A stretch of 64,000 nt of DNA, from NCBI GenBank assembly GCA_030141605.1, contig JAQGDQ010000003.1:1612001-1676000 (forward strand), given 5' to 3'. Of the stretch, positions 26,026 through 39,500 are shown piece after piece. Position numbers and translations under genes: made by a program. The stretch comes from Tubiluchus corallicola. Its lineage: Eukaryota; Animalia; Priapulida. Position 1 is the stretch's first letter. The number at the start of each line of letters is the position of its first letter. The notes beneath the pieces were generated by a model, which did no database searches, was not told where the DNA came from, and was given only the letters and a program-made list of their open reading frames with translations.

Positions 26026-28982
26026 TGTAACCTAACTTTGTAGAGCAAAATAAAGTAATTAAGAAAAAATAACTGCAAAATGATTATAATAATTGCCATC
26101 AAGCAATAAAGGGAAGTTTTATGAGCGTTTGTACCTAAAGAGTAAATTAGATGCTTGAGAGCGTGTCTAATGTTGCTGAACATAGAATGTGTTAATGATT
26201 ATGTTAGTTAATGCAAACTCTGCCCAGGGACTACTGCTAGTTGACAATCACTATGGAGTCCCATAGGAAAGTTAAACTGCATGTAATTACATTTCACTCA
26301 GCGCTTAAACACGACGTGTAAATGGCTGAATTTATAATTCAGTGCAACGAATTCAAAATTTCACAAATATATTCACTAGAGAGTGAACGATTCGAGCCGC
26401 GCCTACATAATAAATTTGTTAATTACGGTTTTAGTGAAAGCGTAAAGAGCCTGTATCTTGAGTTAAGTAAACAGGAGAAAGGGAGAAAGAGAGATGGGGT
26501 GGAATGCCAGGACCAAGACCCTTCGCCAAAATATTTGCGGAGAGGAGCAAAAGGGGTGAAAATGGAAGGCCTATTCTTACTGATCTCTTCTAACTTGAAC
26601 TATTTCAATCTGTGTTTACAGACGTATTTTCGATTTATACTTATACCAGCATATCAGTATTTACGGCGTGTCAACTTTTTTTAATAATAAGTTTAGTAAA
26701 TCCGATTGAATGTTTTTAATAGGTGCTTTTTCTTTATTGTTTTATTGTGTCATTTATGTGTTTTTCTCAGTTGAATTTGTTTAAGTACTGTTGTATTTGT
26801 TTGTAACTATGCAGTGAAGTAAAATAATGATCACCGATCTAATATTTATATCCTTATTGATACTTTTTAAATAAAGTGATTTTCCTACTGCAGTACATTG
26901 TTTTTATTGGGTTCCTCGCTTTCTTGTATTTACGGCACGTGTTGCCATCTACGTTTACTAAAGGGCGCATTCACATGCTTGCGAAGCAGCCAACGACGTA
27001 AACCATGCCGATGATTTGACAGATAGAATTGACTAGTGACAATAGTTGCAGATCGAATGTGCATTTCAACAATAAGAATAGGAGAAAATACTGTATTTAT
27101 GGTTAAAGCAAAGAAGTGAGTGAATGAAGAAACAGACAGATGAACAAACGTAACGAATGAGCAAAAAACAACAACAGGATTAAGTAAATGAGAACTGTAA
27201 CGAACGAACGAATAAACAAGGAAGAGATGCTACTGTGAAATTGAAAGCCACCTGCACATCTACATAGCTCTTCAATCATAATTATAAAAACATTAGCAGG
27301 TAAACGATGAAATGAAGAGGAAGCCTAATCGCTAATCTCGCGCACGCACACTCGACACGCTAAAACAGACAGTGTATCGTGAATGCAACATCTATAGCGT
27401 AAACAGATCAAGCTGTGTATCATGAATACAGCAGCCAAGACGAAATCCGTGGCAAAGCTTCCACGTTACAAATGAAGTGACATTTTTAAATCACAGCTGC
27501 TTGTTATATTGACATAAATGTATTCACATGCATTGTCTTTTTAATGTTTTTACATTAACACACATCGTTCCTTAACTGTATCTCGATTCAGCCTAAGATG
27601 ACTGTTTTTGAAAAAAAATTGCTTGAATTTTCTAAACATTTTCACATTTATTGCCCCAAATCTTTTTTTAATATGCTTGCTATTAATAAAGATGAGCAAA
27701 TGCTTTTGTCCTTAATATTTCTCTTTAATTAGTTGCTACTAACATTTTGTAACAATGAATTATTGATTCTGACCAATTGTTTTAATTAGCTAATGTTATA
27801 GATTATCAGGTAGAGAAAAAAGTGATATATCTCATATAACAAATTATGTTCATAATTTTCACATCGAAAAGTAAAACTGATGAACCAGTCACTTAGCTTC
27901 GGCAACATTGGAAAACATTTAATTTAATGCAAATGTATTATGTATATATTGGTCTTCGGTGCCTCAGGGCGAAAATAATGCATTTTACTGGACCACAATG
28001 TAGACATACACAAGCATGCATGTGCACATGTATACATGTCATTGCATGTGTGCGCAAAAAACCTGACAGTACTTCAAATTGACATTTATTTAAAACATTT
28101 TATCTTTCTACATACAATTACTTGGTCAAACATCGAAAATTACGACGCTTCCGAAATTGAAAAGTCAGATTTCAGTATCTCAGCTTGAAAATAAAGACTA
28201 GAAAGAAAATATTCGTTTTAGCCTTAACTTTCACCTAACCTCATAGCAGAAACCACACAAGCCAGCGATAAATTAAACTTACATATTTGCAAGATACAAG
28301 GTGCCAACACCAGAACAACTTAAAATATTTACACAAAGTTAAGCTGCTTTGATTTTTTTCGTTTTGAGCTATATACACCAAGCCGCGAACCAATTTTAAT
28401 TTGATTTGTTCGACAAAAACCGATACATACTTACCCGGAATCGTAATTTATTCTGAATTTGGAAGAGCAAGAAGTCATTTGTGCTTATCTCTCGAATCAG
28501 TATTGCTCAAGGAATGACATTCTAATGACCTAATTGCTTATTTATGTACATTTGATTGTGATATGCGACTTAATGTGAAAACGTCGCGTACATATTGACT
28601 CATGGCTTGTAGACTGAATCAAAATTTAATTTGGCTTTGATACACATCTTAATGTGCGCAAATGCTACACAGTAGAACAGAAATTTTACATAATTTGTAG
28701 AATACACGCCGTTGCCGTTATATGATACCATGCATTGAAAAGGAATTCACACTCGAAGTTAGCAAAATGGTGACGTAAAGTGAAAACAATGTATAGTTGT
28801 TACAATTCAATGATGTCCGATGGAAGGCGTGACAGACCGTAAAGACGAAAAAATTCAAAATTTGGAGTGGCATTTTTTGAAATTTACGCATTTAATTTAT
28901 GCTTGGCATTTGATTAGCAGCTTTCGTCCAAGATGATAGCAGCTTTAAGTGACAAAATGACTAGGCTTCGGGGATTGTTATC

Positions 28983-29725
28983 AGTAACCGTTTTCAGTGT
29001 GAAAGCGGCATGTTTTTAAGTCACATCCTACCATTGTTTAGCAAGCAGTCCAGAGGAAATCGCCCAAAACATGAAATAAGGCTTATGTGACACTATGACG
29101 ACTTAAAAGTTTGCCTAAGTAACCGTTTTCACTGTGAAAGACTGATGAAAGTAGTTACTAACGACGTGCGGATACTGGATAAGCCGTTCAATCAGTAACT
29201 GGTTCGGCCGTCTAAGTAACTGTTTTCAGGTTTCAAGGTGACATCTTTAAATTCAACGCTGACATGATTCTGGTGAATAATCTGAATAAATGTTTATTGT
29301 GCGGGAGTGTCTGCACTAAAGTGGCTTTAGTAAACTGCGTGAGTTACCGTTTTCTGCCTAAAAAGTACATGTAGCCTAATTTCTCGGACAGCATAGAGAC
29401 ATGACATGAATAAATCACTTGGGTAACTGCTAGCACTGTGGAGTGCTATCCTAACGTTGCCTTACGACAGACACTAGCCAGACTTTAGGAAACCGTTTAA
29501 GCTGCTCCTTTCAGTGTATAGTGCTCCCAAACTTGGTATAGCTCTGGTAAACCTTCCGAGTAAACTACTTTAGTGTCATAGTGGTCTTACGCTGCACACA
29601 AGGACACAAGGATGTGTTGAGTGAACCATATCATTAACCACTTTTGATGTGAACAGGACTTATATAATATACTCACGTCGCGTTACTAAACAGTCTCAAA
29701 GACTCTAAGTAACCGCATTCAGTAT
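28983..29725 (+). repeat. Degenerate array of AGTAACCGTTTTCASTGTGAA-like motifs
   Basis: About 9 diverged copies near 28984, 29118, 29214, 29342, 29422, 29489, 29559, 29636, 29708. Confidence 0.6.
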
Positions 29726-30104
29726 TTCAAGTAATGCGTTGACATGGCTTACAATAAGTGGGAAGTGCGCATGCATACGAAAGCGAGCTGATTTCTGGAA
29801 AGCAACATGTTTTGATTAAACCCAATTTCTTGTAGGGAAACGAGGTGGGTCGATGAAAGGAGGGATGTAACACGGGATGCGCACACAGCTTAAGAGAGTG
29901 TTGTCATTTACCATGGAAAAACTCCCTAAATATATAATCCGGATCAGCGAAACTGTACAAAGGATCAATTTTCATATTTAACTGGGGACTAGGAAGGTTG
30001 GAATAGGAAAATGTGAATCGCGCAAAAAGTAACAAATGGATGTCTTGTATAAAACTGCCTAAATAACCGAAATTCTAAGTTTTATGTGTATTGTCTCTCT
30101 TACG

Positions 30105-30260
30105 GAAATAGAGGGAGAGAGAGAGACACACACAGAAAAACCAAAAGAGAGAAAAGGGCACAGACAGAGAGGAAGAGAAAAAGAAAGTGTGTGAGAGTCA
30201 CAGAAAGTGAGGAGAGAGAGAAACAAAGGGAAAGAGAGAGAGAGAGAGGGGGGAGAGATG
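30105..30260. repeat. GA-rich low-complexity tract
   Basis: Directly visible (GA)n/(GAAA) degenerate repeat. Confidence 0.9.
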
Positions 30261-31403
30261 GCAGACTGTGATGACATTGCGTTGTGCAATACATCAGAAT
30301 GGAGCAGTAATTATCCCCTGGAGAGCGTACACCATGAATTATTGCGTACCTGTTCATCAGTTAGTCTAATTGCTTCTTAATTTTAAAAGGTTTGCGAGCA
30401 CGGTGCGAATCGCTTGTACCCAAGTGGGGATTGAACAATCAGTGGAAATGTTCGCCCAAATTATTAATGACTTGGCGTCACAGGCACGAGTATTTTCGTC
30501 ACTCGCCAACAAATAAACTTATACAGCAATGTGAAATTAATCACTTGAAAATATTTTTATTTCCTTTTTATTATTTTTTAGCTGCCTGTTTTTTCTTGCC
30601 TGACAGGTACTTTCACTTTTCAGGTCTGCTCAGAGACGTTACATGGTTAAATACTAGGTATAAATCGAGCCAGGGTGGTAATGTCTTTTTACTTTCCGGT
30701 AAAAAAATTTTGATCCAATTAATCCAAAAATTAATCCAATTTTAATTTAACATTTAACGTTTTAACCAATAAGCGATCAAATTCGACGCTCGTTTTGTTT
30801 TGTATCAATGTTCCTCGGCATTTTGCTTGAGAAACTCTTTTTTAATACCACAACGTTTGGAGATATCGCGTTTTTTCCACATGCTACAAGTTGTAAAATT
30901 AAAATTAAAACAACATTAGCGTTTAAATTTCAATAGGTAGTTCTGTCTGTGAATTTCCAAATAAAACTGTAAAGATAAAATGAGTAAATACTGAGATGCA
31001 ACACACTCATATTATTAAATATCCTGAATTGAAAGAACAAGATTTCTTTATTAAGATTACAATTTCATAATTTGTTGTTGCATTATCGTAAGAACTGGAT
31101 TTTTTCAGTTAATTCAAGAAACTATGAACACATGCGACTAAAACGCTAATGTAAAATTGATCAGAATAAAAATTTAAATAATAAAATAAAATAAAATAAA
31201 TAATAGAATAAAAGTTACTAAACATCACATTGCAAAACTAAGCTACTTATACTAGATTACAACTGGCTGATATTACAACATTATAATCAGAAGCCAGGTT
31301 GGCAAATCAGAAAGTAAAGCTAGGCAAAGAGCCAAACAAGTAAATTACGAAAATATAACCAACCAAATTAGAAAACAGTTTAATAAATAAAGAAAATTAA
31401 TAT

Positions 31404-32076
31404 TGTGACGACGGCGAGCAAGATTGTTCAATATCGGATTGTTGCAATCTTGTACCATATGTGGGCAAGGAAGTAGGGGGGGGGGGGCAGCAAGCACCAA
31501 ATTAAAGCTTGCCCACAATTATTAAGCCTTTACAATCAAAGAATCAAACAACACAATAGTTAACAAGTCACGAGGAATTATATTATACCACCATACTAGC
31601 ATGTACAATCACAGGATCAAATAACACAATTATTAACAATACTAAAATACCACTATAGTAAAACACAGCGGAACAATTAAGGGAAAAATTAATACCAGGT
31701 GTGTTAAAGTTCTTGCACACTACAAGTCAAGTTAAATTTAAGTTAGTTAAGACTGCCAAACGCGAAGTAATTATGAGACGAACTTCGCAACGCCATATAT
31801 CCAGTGGTGACAACGTAAAAAACTAAATTTAACAGGAAATTTATAAGAAACTTCCAGGCTTCAATCACCTGTTCCTCATGCTGGTTGCGATTACGGAACA
31901 GGTGCTTAATTGGTACACGCATCTGGCGTGTTCACCTACTAAATCGACAAAGCCATTCCATAGCGACGTTTTTATAGCTGGTATTCAACGCTATCTATGC
32001 AATGGCTTCGTAAGAACCGGACCATCGCAATGTAGAGAAGGAGGTCGAAAATAAATGGCATTTTGCCACCGTAACA
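31404..32076. mobile_element. Candidate solo LTR (TG...CA)
   Basis: Begins TGTGACGACGGC and ends GCCACCGTAACA (9/12 inverted match); flanks atat / atgt could be a decayed 4-bp TSD; AATAAA about 20 bp before the right end. Confidence 0.4.
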
Positions 32077-35000
32077 ATGTATTAGTCATTTACTCATTTA
32101 ATTTTTACAGAGTAACATTTGCCAAACCAGCAGAACTATTTATCGAAATTTGAATGATATAATTTTACAGAAGTTACCATTTGAGACAGAAACATAATGT
32201 TCTTATATAAACGTTAATGTTTTAAATAAAGAATTATTGAGGTTTTAAAAACAGTAATTAAATAAACAAGTTCTGCTTTTATTAAAAGTTTTTATCAACT
32301 TCAAGTCAATTATACGCTTGTAAACACCTGTACATATATATAATCGTGCATTATCAGCATAGTTGACTGAAGGAGATTTGCTGTGCCTTTTGAAAACCAC
32401 AGGTTAAAAATAGTAACCGCATCTGTGTTTGCTTGCATCTAACGCACAGTAGTCAAGGTGACATTGGCTGAAGCACCGAAACTACCATAAAAGAACTAAA
32501 CAATAAGTTGATGCAATAAAACAAGATAAGGTAGCGCCTATATGCATTGCCTAGAGAGAATTAACTAAGTGAGTCTAAAGTGTACCTCTTTGCCCTACAA
32601 TTAATTGCTCTCCCATTTCACTCTTAAAAATTTTCAATGGAAATCTCAAACTCGACAGATTATTTAATTACCGATGGTGAATACCAATGAAACTGCGTGA
32701 CCTGAACGACGAGAGGAACTGAATCACTTAGACGTGTGCCATCCTTTCTGACATTCTGAGTGGATTTAGGGATCCGGGGATGTCTGAATGAGGTTACTAA
32801 TCAGAGCTGAGTAGGGCAGACTGGTGTCTAAGAAACAGCATGCGCATGTCAGGAGTAATTTGTAGCTTTTTCTTTTGGCTTTAAACAGGAGCATCGCGAA
32901 TTAATTAAGCCTGTTTCTACAATTGCTCTATTTAAGGGAAACTGAAAAAGTTTGTTACAACACGACAACCAAGTAAATAAATAACTGGCAGTGTGCCCAG
33001 TAAATGCGCCTTCATGTGCAGCGTCCAGACATTTGCCATTTAAGTTTTCTAAACATGATAACATGAGCTTTGCAGCAAATTATGTAACAATTAATATTCA
33101 TGCCATTATTCACACAATGCAGGCGTTGGTAATTGTATATAAAGTACATAAAAGCGGAAATTTTAAAAAAAGTTAAAATTTAAAAGCTTAGAAACTTGAG
33201 TCAAATAAAAACAACAGTGTCCATAAGTGTAAAATTAAACAGTCGCTCTTACAAATGTCCTTTAAATTAATCATTTTCGCACGCGTACGTGACTACATCA
33301 CCATCGGCAGCACTGAGTCGTGAAAAACATTCATTACTTGCGTCTTTTTGTTGCAAATTTTGCGCGCTATTCCTTTAATTTCTTACTCATGGTTCAATAT
33401 GGCATGTTCACGAGATGTGAAACCATAAGTCATCAATGAGGTATTGTTTTTATGTAAGCAAATTTAATCTTCTGCTTGAATGAGAACAATGGAAACTGAA
33501 CCGTAAATGACATAATTTGTTACGAAAGGCATGTGCTGCAAAGCACCAATGCTGAGCACTTGTGGCCACGAGACTTGTTGACATCAAACACAGAGTGCGT
33601 CTCAAAATGCGTTAGCGTTGATACGTTGATACGACACTAGATCATCTCACTTAAATTACTGGGGCCAAACTCATGAAGTATTTAGTAAACGCAGCCGATC
33701 TTAGACCATTATTGTCCTGTCTACAACGGAGAATAAAGTCGCAAGTCAATTATTGGACTAGCTATTTGCAAATTGAGGTGCAATCTTTTATTAATGAAGC
33801 TGATGCAATGTAAGTATGGAAGCAGAAATATCTCGTCTTCCTAGGCTGTCATTCAGACATTGTATGGATCACACAGAAATACGTACGTTAGAAGCGGATA
33901 AATAATTTGGATAAAAGTACGCGGATAATGATTATTAAACGGTCTAAAATTTCTGTAAGCCAATAGTTAGCTATTTCTGATTGGTTTTCGTGCGTTTTTG
34001 TGCATAAGGAAGACGTTACCGAATCAAAAAATAAACAGTAAACTTTTCTACTGTTTATAATTTCAATCTATTCTAATGTTTATTGATAATAAAGGCTATT
34101 TTCTTTTGCAATGTATTCAAAATAACTGGACACTAAAATCAAGTTGTGTATATTATATCTACACCGCACAAGGAAATTTAGCTTTTCTCCTATGAAAACA
34201 AGGACATGTGTAGCTAAATCAAAGTCAACAAGCTGATACAACAATCACTCAACAGATGGCGATCAGCGCAATGATAACAGAACAGAGGCGACGTTCAGCC
34301 AGCTATTGTTCGTGGATACAATACACTCTCAAGTACGTGTGCCACCAACGAGTGATTTTATTTTATGAAACAGAATAACTGAAACTAAACTGACATAATA
34401 AAGTCCGAACAAAAACCCTGAAGTGCATGCCACGCTTAATACAAGCATGAAAAAACTCTGTTACTGCGAGAGATGAAATAAAAGGTGTCTGAAACTTTGT
34501 AAAACAATTGCTTGTTCCTGTGCTGATGTCTATTCTAGTGTATGTGAATATATCGCAGACGGTGAGCTCTTTTTTCGGCACCTGCTTTACCCTTACTTCT
34601 ATTTCTTCCACCTTGTGTAGGCTACTAGTGTATAGGGCAGCTGTAAGTTAACGTATTTTATACAGAAACATCTAAAAAAATACCGTAGTCGAAAATATAC
34701 CTAGGTTTACATGAAAACAGATCTGAAGTTCATACGATGTGTGAAGGTGTTCAAGTATATATCATATTACAAGCATCCGCAGAGTAATAGCGAGCATAAT
34801 TACTGAACAGCCTCTGATTCTGCGCTATACAATTATACTATTAGATGGTAAAATTGATATTTGTATGCTCGTCCGCCTCCCCAACAACGATTTTCCATTA
34901 ATATATTTCATTCATTTACTCATTAAAACATTTGTTCGTTCGTCCATTCATTAATACATACATTCACTAATAGGTTCTTTAGATATCTTGAGAACCAAAA

Positions 35001-36487
35001 TATTTTATTTTATTATTCTATATGTTGCCATTAATTCCACTGATTTGCATACTGACGTGATGAACACAAAAACTGCAAAAAAAGGTAATGTTGATATTGT
35101 GCAGTTGTATTATGCATTTTATTCAAAACAATATGAAGAAGATTTGATAAGGTTGTACCGGATAACTTTTGTAACATTTGCGAAAGAATCTTAATTTTTG
35201 TAATGTTTATTGTAAAGACTTTATTCCACATACTTACTTTGCGAACAAGTGAAATAAGACACTGCTATTAAATAGTTTATTTTATTATGATGATATCTGA
35301 TCTACCCGTATAAAGTTTCTTCAACAGATTCGCGCATAAAAGCCCGGATGATCCGGTATTTGTTGGATTACAAGGGATTAGTGATTATTTGCGAAGCGCA
35401 TAATCTACAACTACCCGAAGAGCCATTATTTGCGAATAAGTGTTAATCTCATTAAACTTTAACAGGTTGCACTGAAGGCAGTTGTGCGGTGACACGTGGC
35501 TTATGTAAACAATGCCAGCATCGTCCATCCAGTTGGAAAAACCAAAAAAATGGAATCCACGCGCATAGGAAGACACAAATCAATCAGACCAAAGGTTTTT
35601 TCTACACAAGGCTTGCCTATTATACTTTTTGTTCAAATAATCAAGGCTTTTATAAAAAAAGACCTACTCAAGGTTTCGCGCCAATCTCTGAAGGACCTTA
35701 AGTCTAATTTCTACATAATATAACGTGTAATTAAAACTTACATCACCTAAAGGAAATATTTATGGAACAATTCTGTTCTATTTATATAAAAATATAAGCA
35801 CGACCTTACAACTTTGCGTGTATGGTCTCGTAAAATTGACGAAATATTGCGTACAGTGAGACGCACTATTTTTTACAAAAGCAAGTTTACGTACAAATTC
35901 GTACTCCCCTCCTCAGTTACGACGGTTATATATTTTTATTATTTTGTTTTTTGTGGGTGGAATGCAGGATTTCATGCCGTTTCCAATATTTTTTCGAATA
36001 AAAATTCGGCCTCATATATTTCGGGAAAACTGTCGAGTGAGTTATCATCGCATACATAGAAGAGACGACGTTTTCACGCGGCAAGTTCGGCCGGCATGTA
36101 TAACAGAAAGAGAGAGACAGCTTAGATTGGGCTCAGGTGATATCGTCTCCGTTCCATGCATGCTAAATGCGTTGATAGCTATCTTAGGTTGATTGAATGT
36201 GACTTAAGCTAATGTAACCGCAGTTCAAGTCGAGTGTTACCAGTATAAAGCCCAACAAGCACAAAAGATTACGCGACAATGTGACCGATATACGAGTCGT
36301 ACACAAGGAAACACGCGTGTCAGTGTGTGGTTGGTGAAGTAGGAGACGGTTATAAATATAAAAGGGCAAAAACATTAAGGTGTATTTCACAGTATGTAGG
36401 GTTAGCTTGTAACTCAATAGTGGAAAGAATAGGATAATATTGCTGTCACCTTATAGTAAGGATAACTAGATGAATAATCACGTGTTC

Positions 36488-36546
36488 ATCGACCGAAGCT
36501 AAGCAACACTGAACCTTGTCAGCAAATAAATGGATGGTCGACTTGG
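36488..36546 (+). mobile_element. Degenerate 5S-rRNA-like SINE segment
   Basis: ACCGAAGCTAAGCAAC (5S box A-like) ... TGGATGGTCGAC (box C-like) at roughly 5S-like spacing. Confidence 0.45.
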
Positions 36547-39500
36547 TTATCGAGGGATCCGAACATGGCTAAGACATTTGCTTAAGCTACTGTGTTTACC
36601 AGTGCAAAATTTGAAAAAACGAATAATTTACTCTATGCCGGGTAAAACATCCTTAAAACCAAAAAATGAGAACTTATGATGATTAGTAATATCGTACGCA
36701 ATTGTGCTACAGTTATAACGACATTTCTAATGTAGAAAACGTTGTTAAGAAGCTCTTTCACCGAAACATATTCAAATTTAAGCAAACTTTTCAAATACGG
36801 TTGATATCGAACCTGAAAAAAACGTTAAAACGATGAGAACCCATTACAGTTTCTTCATGTATCTTGTCACTATAATGAAGATTGTCACTTTTCCTTCTGC
36901 TACATTCACCCAAGCCATGGTACACCCACTTTGAGTACCAAGTACACTCAATCTGCAGGCATTATACCCGCTGTAAGCGCTTTATTGTTCGTTGTAGGCA
37001 AGCCAATAATACGGGATTCGGCTCTGCTCTATTATGCGATGAAAGAGCGACTTAGTACTTAATCCAACCCAACTCAAACGTGATATCTCAATTATATCTG
37101 CATTTGAAGAGAAGAAAATGCAGTTTTAGTGATAAGTAGTGGCTGCGGCATTGTTTTACGTGTAATCCCCGCTTGAATAATGCTTGTGGGGCAGGGTGCA
37201 AAATTAAAGCTGGAAGCAGCAAAGCCAGCAAGAAAAATCGCAAACTAGCGGATGTCTCCAATGGGCAATGGGAAGAAGTGGCAAACGAAGAACTGATTAA
37301 TAACAATTACAACTACCTTTAAACCACAAATAAGAAATAATCAAGCAAACTCCCACACCGCATTACGCTCAGTAACTTCGTGATCATCCTCTAAAAATCG
37401 TGCATAGAGGCGAATAACCGATCTGCCCCACTGGGGGTCAACGATATAGTGTAATTTATACTGGTTCACAGTGCAATACGATGAATCAAATTGCATCATC
37501 TAGCAATAAAGATAACATTACGAACCAGCTATTAATAATATTTCAGTTACTAAGGTACTTATATAAAAAATCAATCAGAATGAAGTCTTTTTTGGATATA
37601 TTCATATAGAAATTTCTTACTCTACATGTGTGCATGAGTTGTAGTATTTTCTGAGCTTTAGTTGCAGTTACATTCTGGTTATCTAATTAGTACGCGCAGA
37701 AAGTTAACAATTGACCAACAATAGATGAAAAACATAAATGTGTTAATTAGTCAATTAACCTATAATTGATTAATCATTAAGTTAGTTAGTTGATCAACCA
37801 TTTATTTGTTCGTTCGGGTATTCGATTGGTTGTTCAGTAGGTCAGTCAGTCGAAAGAATAACGCCATTAAAGAACGAACAATACAGCGTGTGAATGAATG
37901 ACGAATAAACGGGTGAATGATGATCTACTTTTTAAGTAAAAGGGTTCGAAAATGTTCATTGTTCATTTTGACAAACACCCTGTTTTGCCAAGTTCGCCAC
38001 AGCATGGCTTCTTAAAGACCAGTTTGTAGTGTGCAGATGTTCTGATTCTACCCGTGGCGTGACTCAGTGTATTATAGCGCCCTAGGCTTGTTATTACGCG
38101 TTTATTGCAACAAGCCGACTCTGTTAGCTTGTTGCTGGTTTGTGAAATCTGATATGATGCTTTAATTACTGTCCATTTGTCCAATAATCATTAGGCACTC
38201 GTACCCAAGTGCGTCATCCGAGATCTTCATCTCTGCAGTCATTTAGACGCTGGCACGCACCTGAGAGAGTCATAGCTCTCTAATGGCATATTAGCAGCCA
38301 ATGTGCACAACTATAGGCCTCTTCTGACAACCTTAAACTCATCGATCCAACAGAAGAAAGCAAGTAGTCATGAGATAAAAGTATTAAAATATTGTGCAAA
38401 ATAGCTGTAGAAATAGCCTACCATTTGCTAACTCAGTTCCAAAAAACACGTAGGCTGATCATCGATTCTTCAGGTTTTTATTTTTTGCTTCCTTATACAT
38501 TCATACATACATTCACCATTTATTCATGTGATGCGCTCAGTTGTTCATTTATCATTGGCATTATACATTGGCTGAATGGCTAGCTAGCAACAGGTTAACT
38601 GACTGGTTGACCGACTGAACAACGGACCGAACATCCGAACGACTAGCTGATTGATCGACTAATTAACTAAATGATTAATCTATTATTGGCTGGTAGGCTA
38701 ACTAACACATTCATGTTATCTGTTTGTTCATTTATTAATACATCTTAACAGATCACAGTTTGATAATAAAATAAGAACATCCCACAAAGGTAAGGATCAA
38801 TTTATTAATTCTTTGGAAAACATAATTAGTCAGCAAAATAAATGAGACCCGACTCATGTTGATTCTATTCAAGAGTTTCTAATTCACAAAATCCCATCTC
38901 AGCCTCTGTCTCAGATGATCACCAATATCCAGTAACTGGTAGAAGACATCTGTTTAACTAACAAGTGGATTCTTAATACTACGGCAGGGCGTGGATCAAG
39001 TTACCACATACCAGATGTTCAAAGGAGCTGGCCTGATGCTAAAACATCACAGAACATCAGGGACAGCTAGCCGGATTAATGTGTGAAGTAGTATCACTAA
39101 ACTTGGTAGTGTTTTGAGAAAAAACGAATCTGCATTCGTTTTTATTTAATTATACTTTGGCTGAAATTTTGACGTTAACCACAGCAGCTAGCTACCGAAA
39201 ATCTGCAGGAAAATGCATATTATTTTTATTCTTACATCACTAGCGTTCGTTGTTACTTTGTCTCAATTAATTTTCTTCGATGATTTTCCCCCCGTGAACC
39301 ATTATCAGCCATATTTTTATGTTTTGTTGAGAATTATCCTATCTGATAGTTGTCATTACTTGTCAACTAAGCCCAAACTCTAATTTTTAGCAAGGTTGTG
39401 TACAAAGTAACAATCAGCTGCGCAATCTGACCCGAAAAGCGGCTAAAATCTTTCAGAAATTCACTGCAAATGAGCACGACGAATCAGTGGCCAGGTTTCC

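Noticed and set aside
26322-26684. 120-aa + strand ORF
   Set aside because: No recognisable domain or splice context; consistent with a chance ORF.
28983-29725. CRISPR-like repeat-spacer appearance (also 1460-3320)
   Set aside because: Repeats are highly degenerate and irregularly spaced, there are no cas genes, and the context is a eukaryotic intron.
37088-37130. LKLHFLLFKC as a possible diverged exon 7 (FFLKFFLKC)
   Set aside because: Lacks the conserved NQNCLKNAGNPRDMRRFQ continuation; a stop follows shortly.
37805-37820. 13-nt match to the 5' end of miR-375 (TTTGTTCGTTCGG)
   Set aside because: Lies in degenerate (TTCG/ATTC)n low-complexity sequence, similar strings recur (e.g. 34931), and no precursor hairpin is evident.
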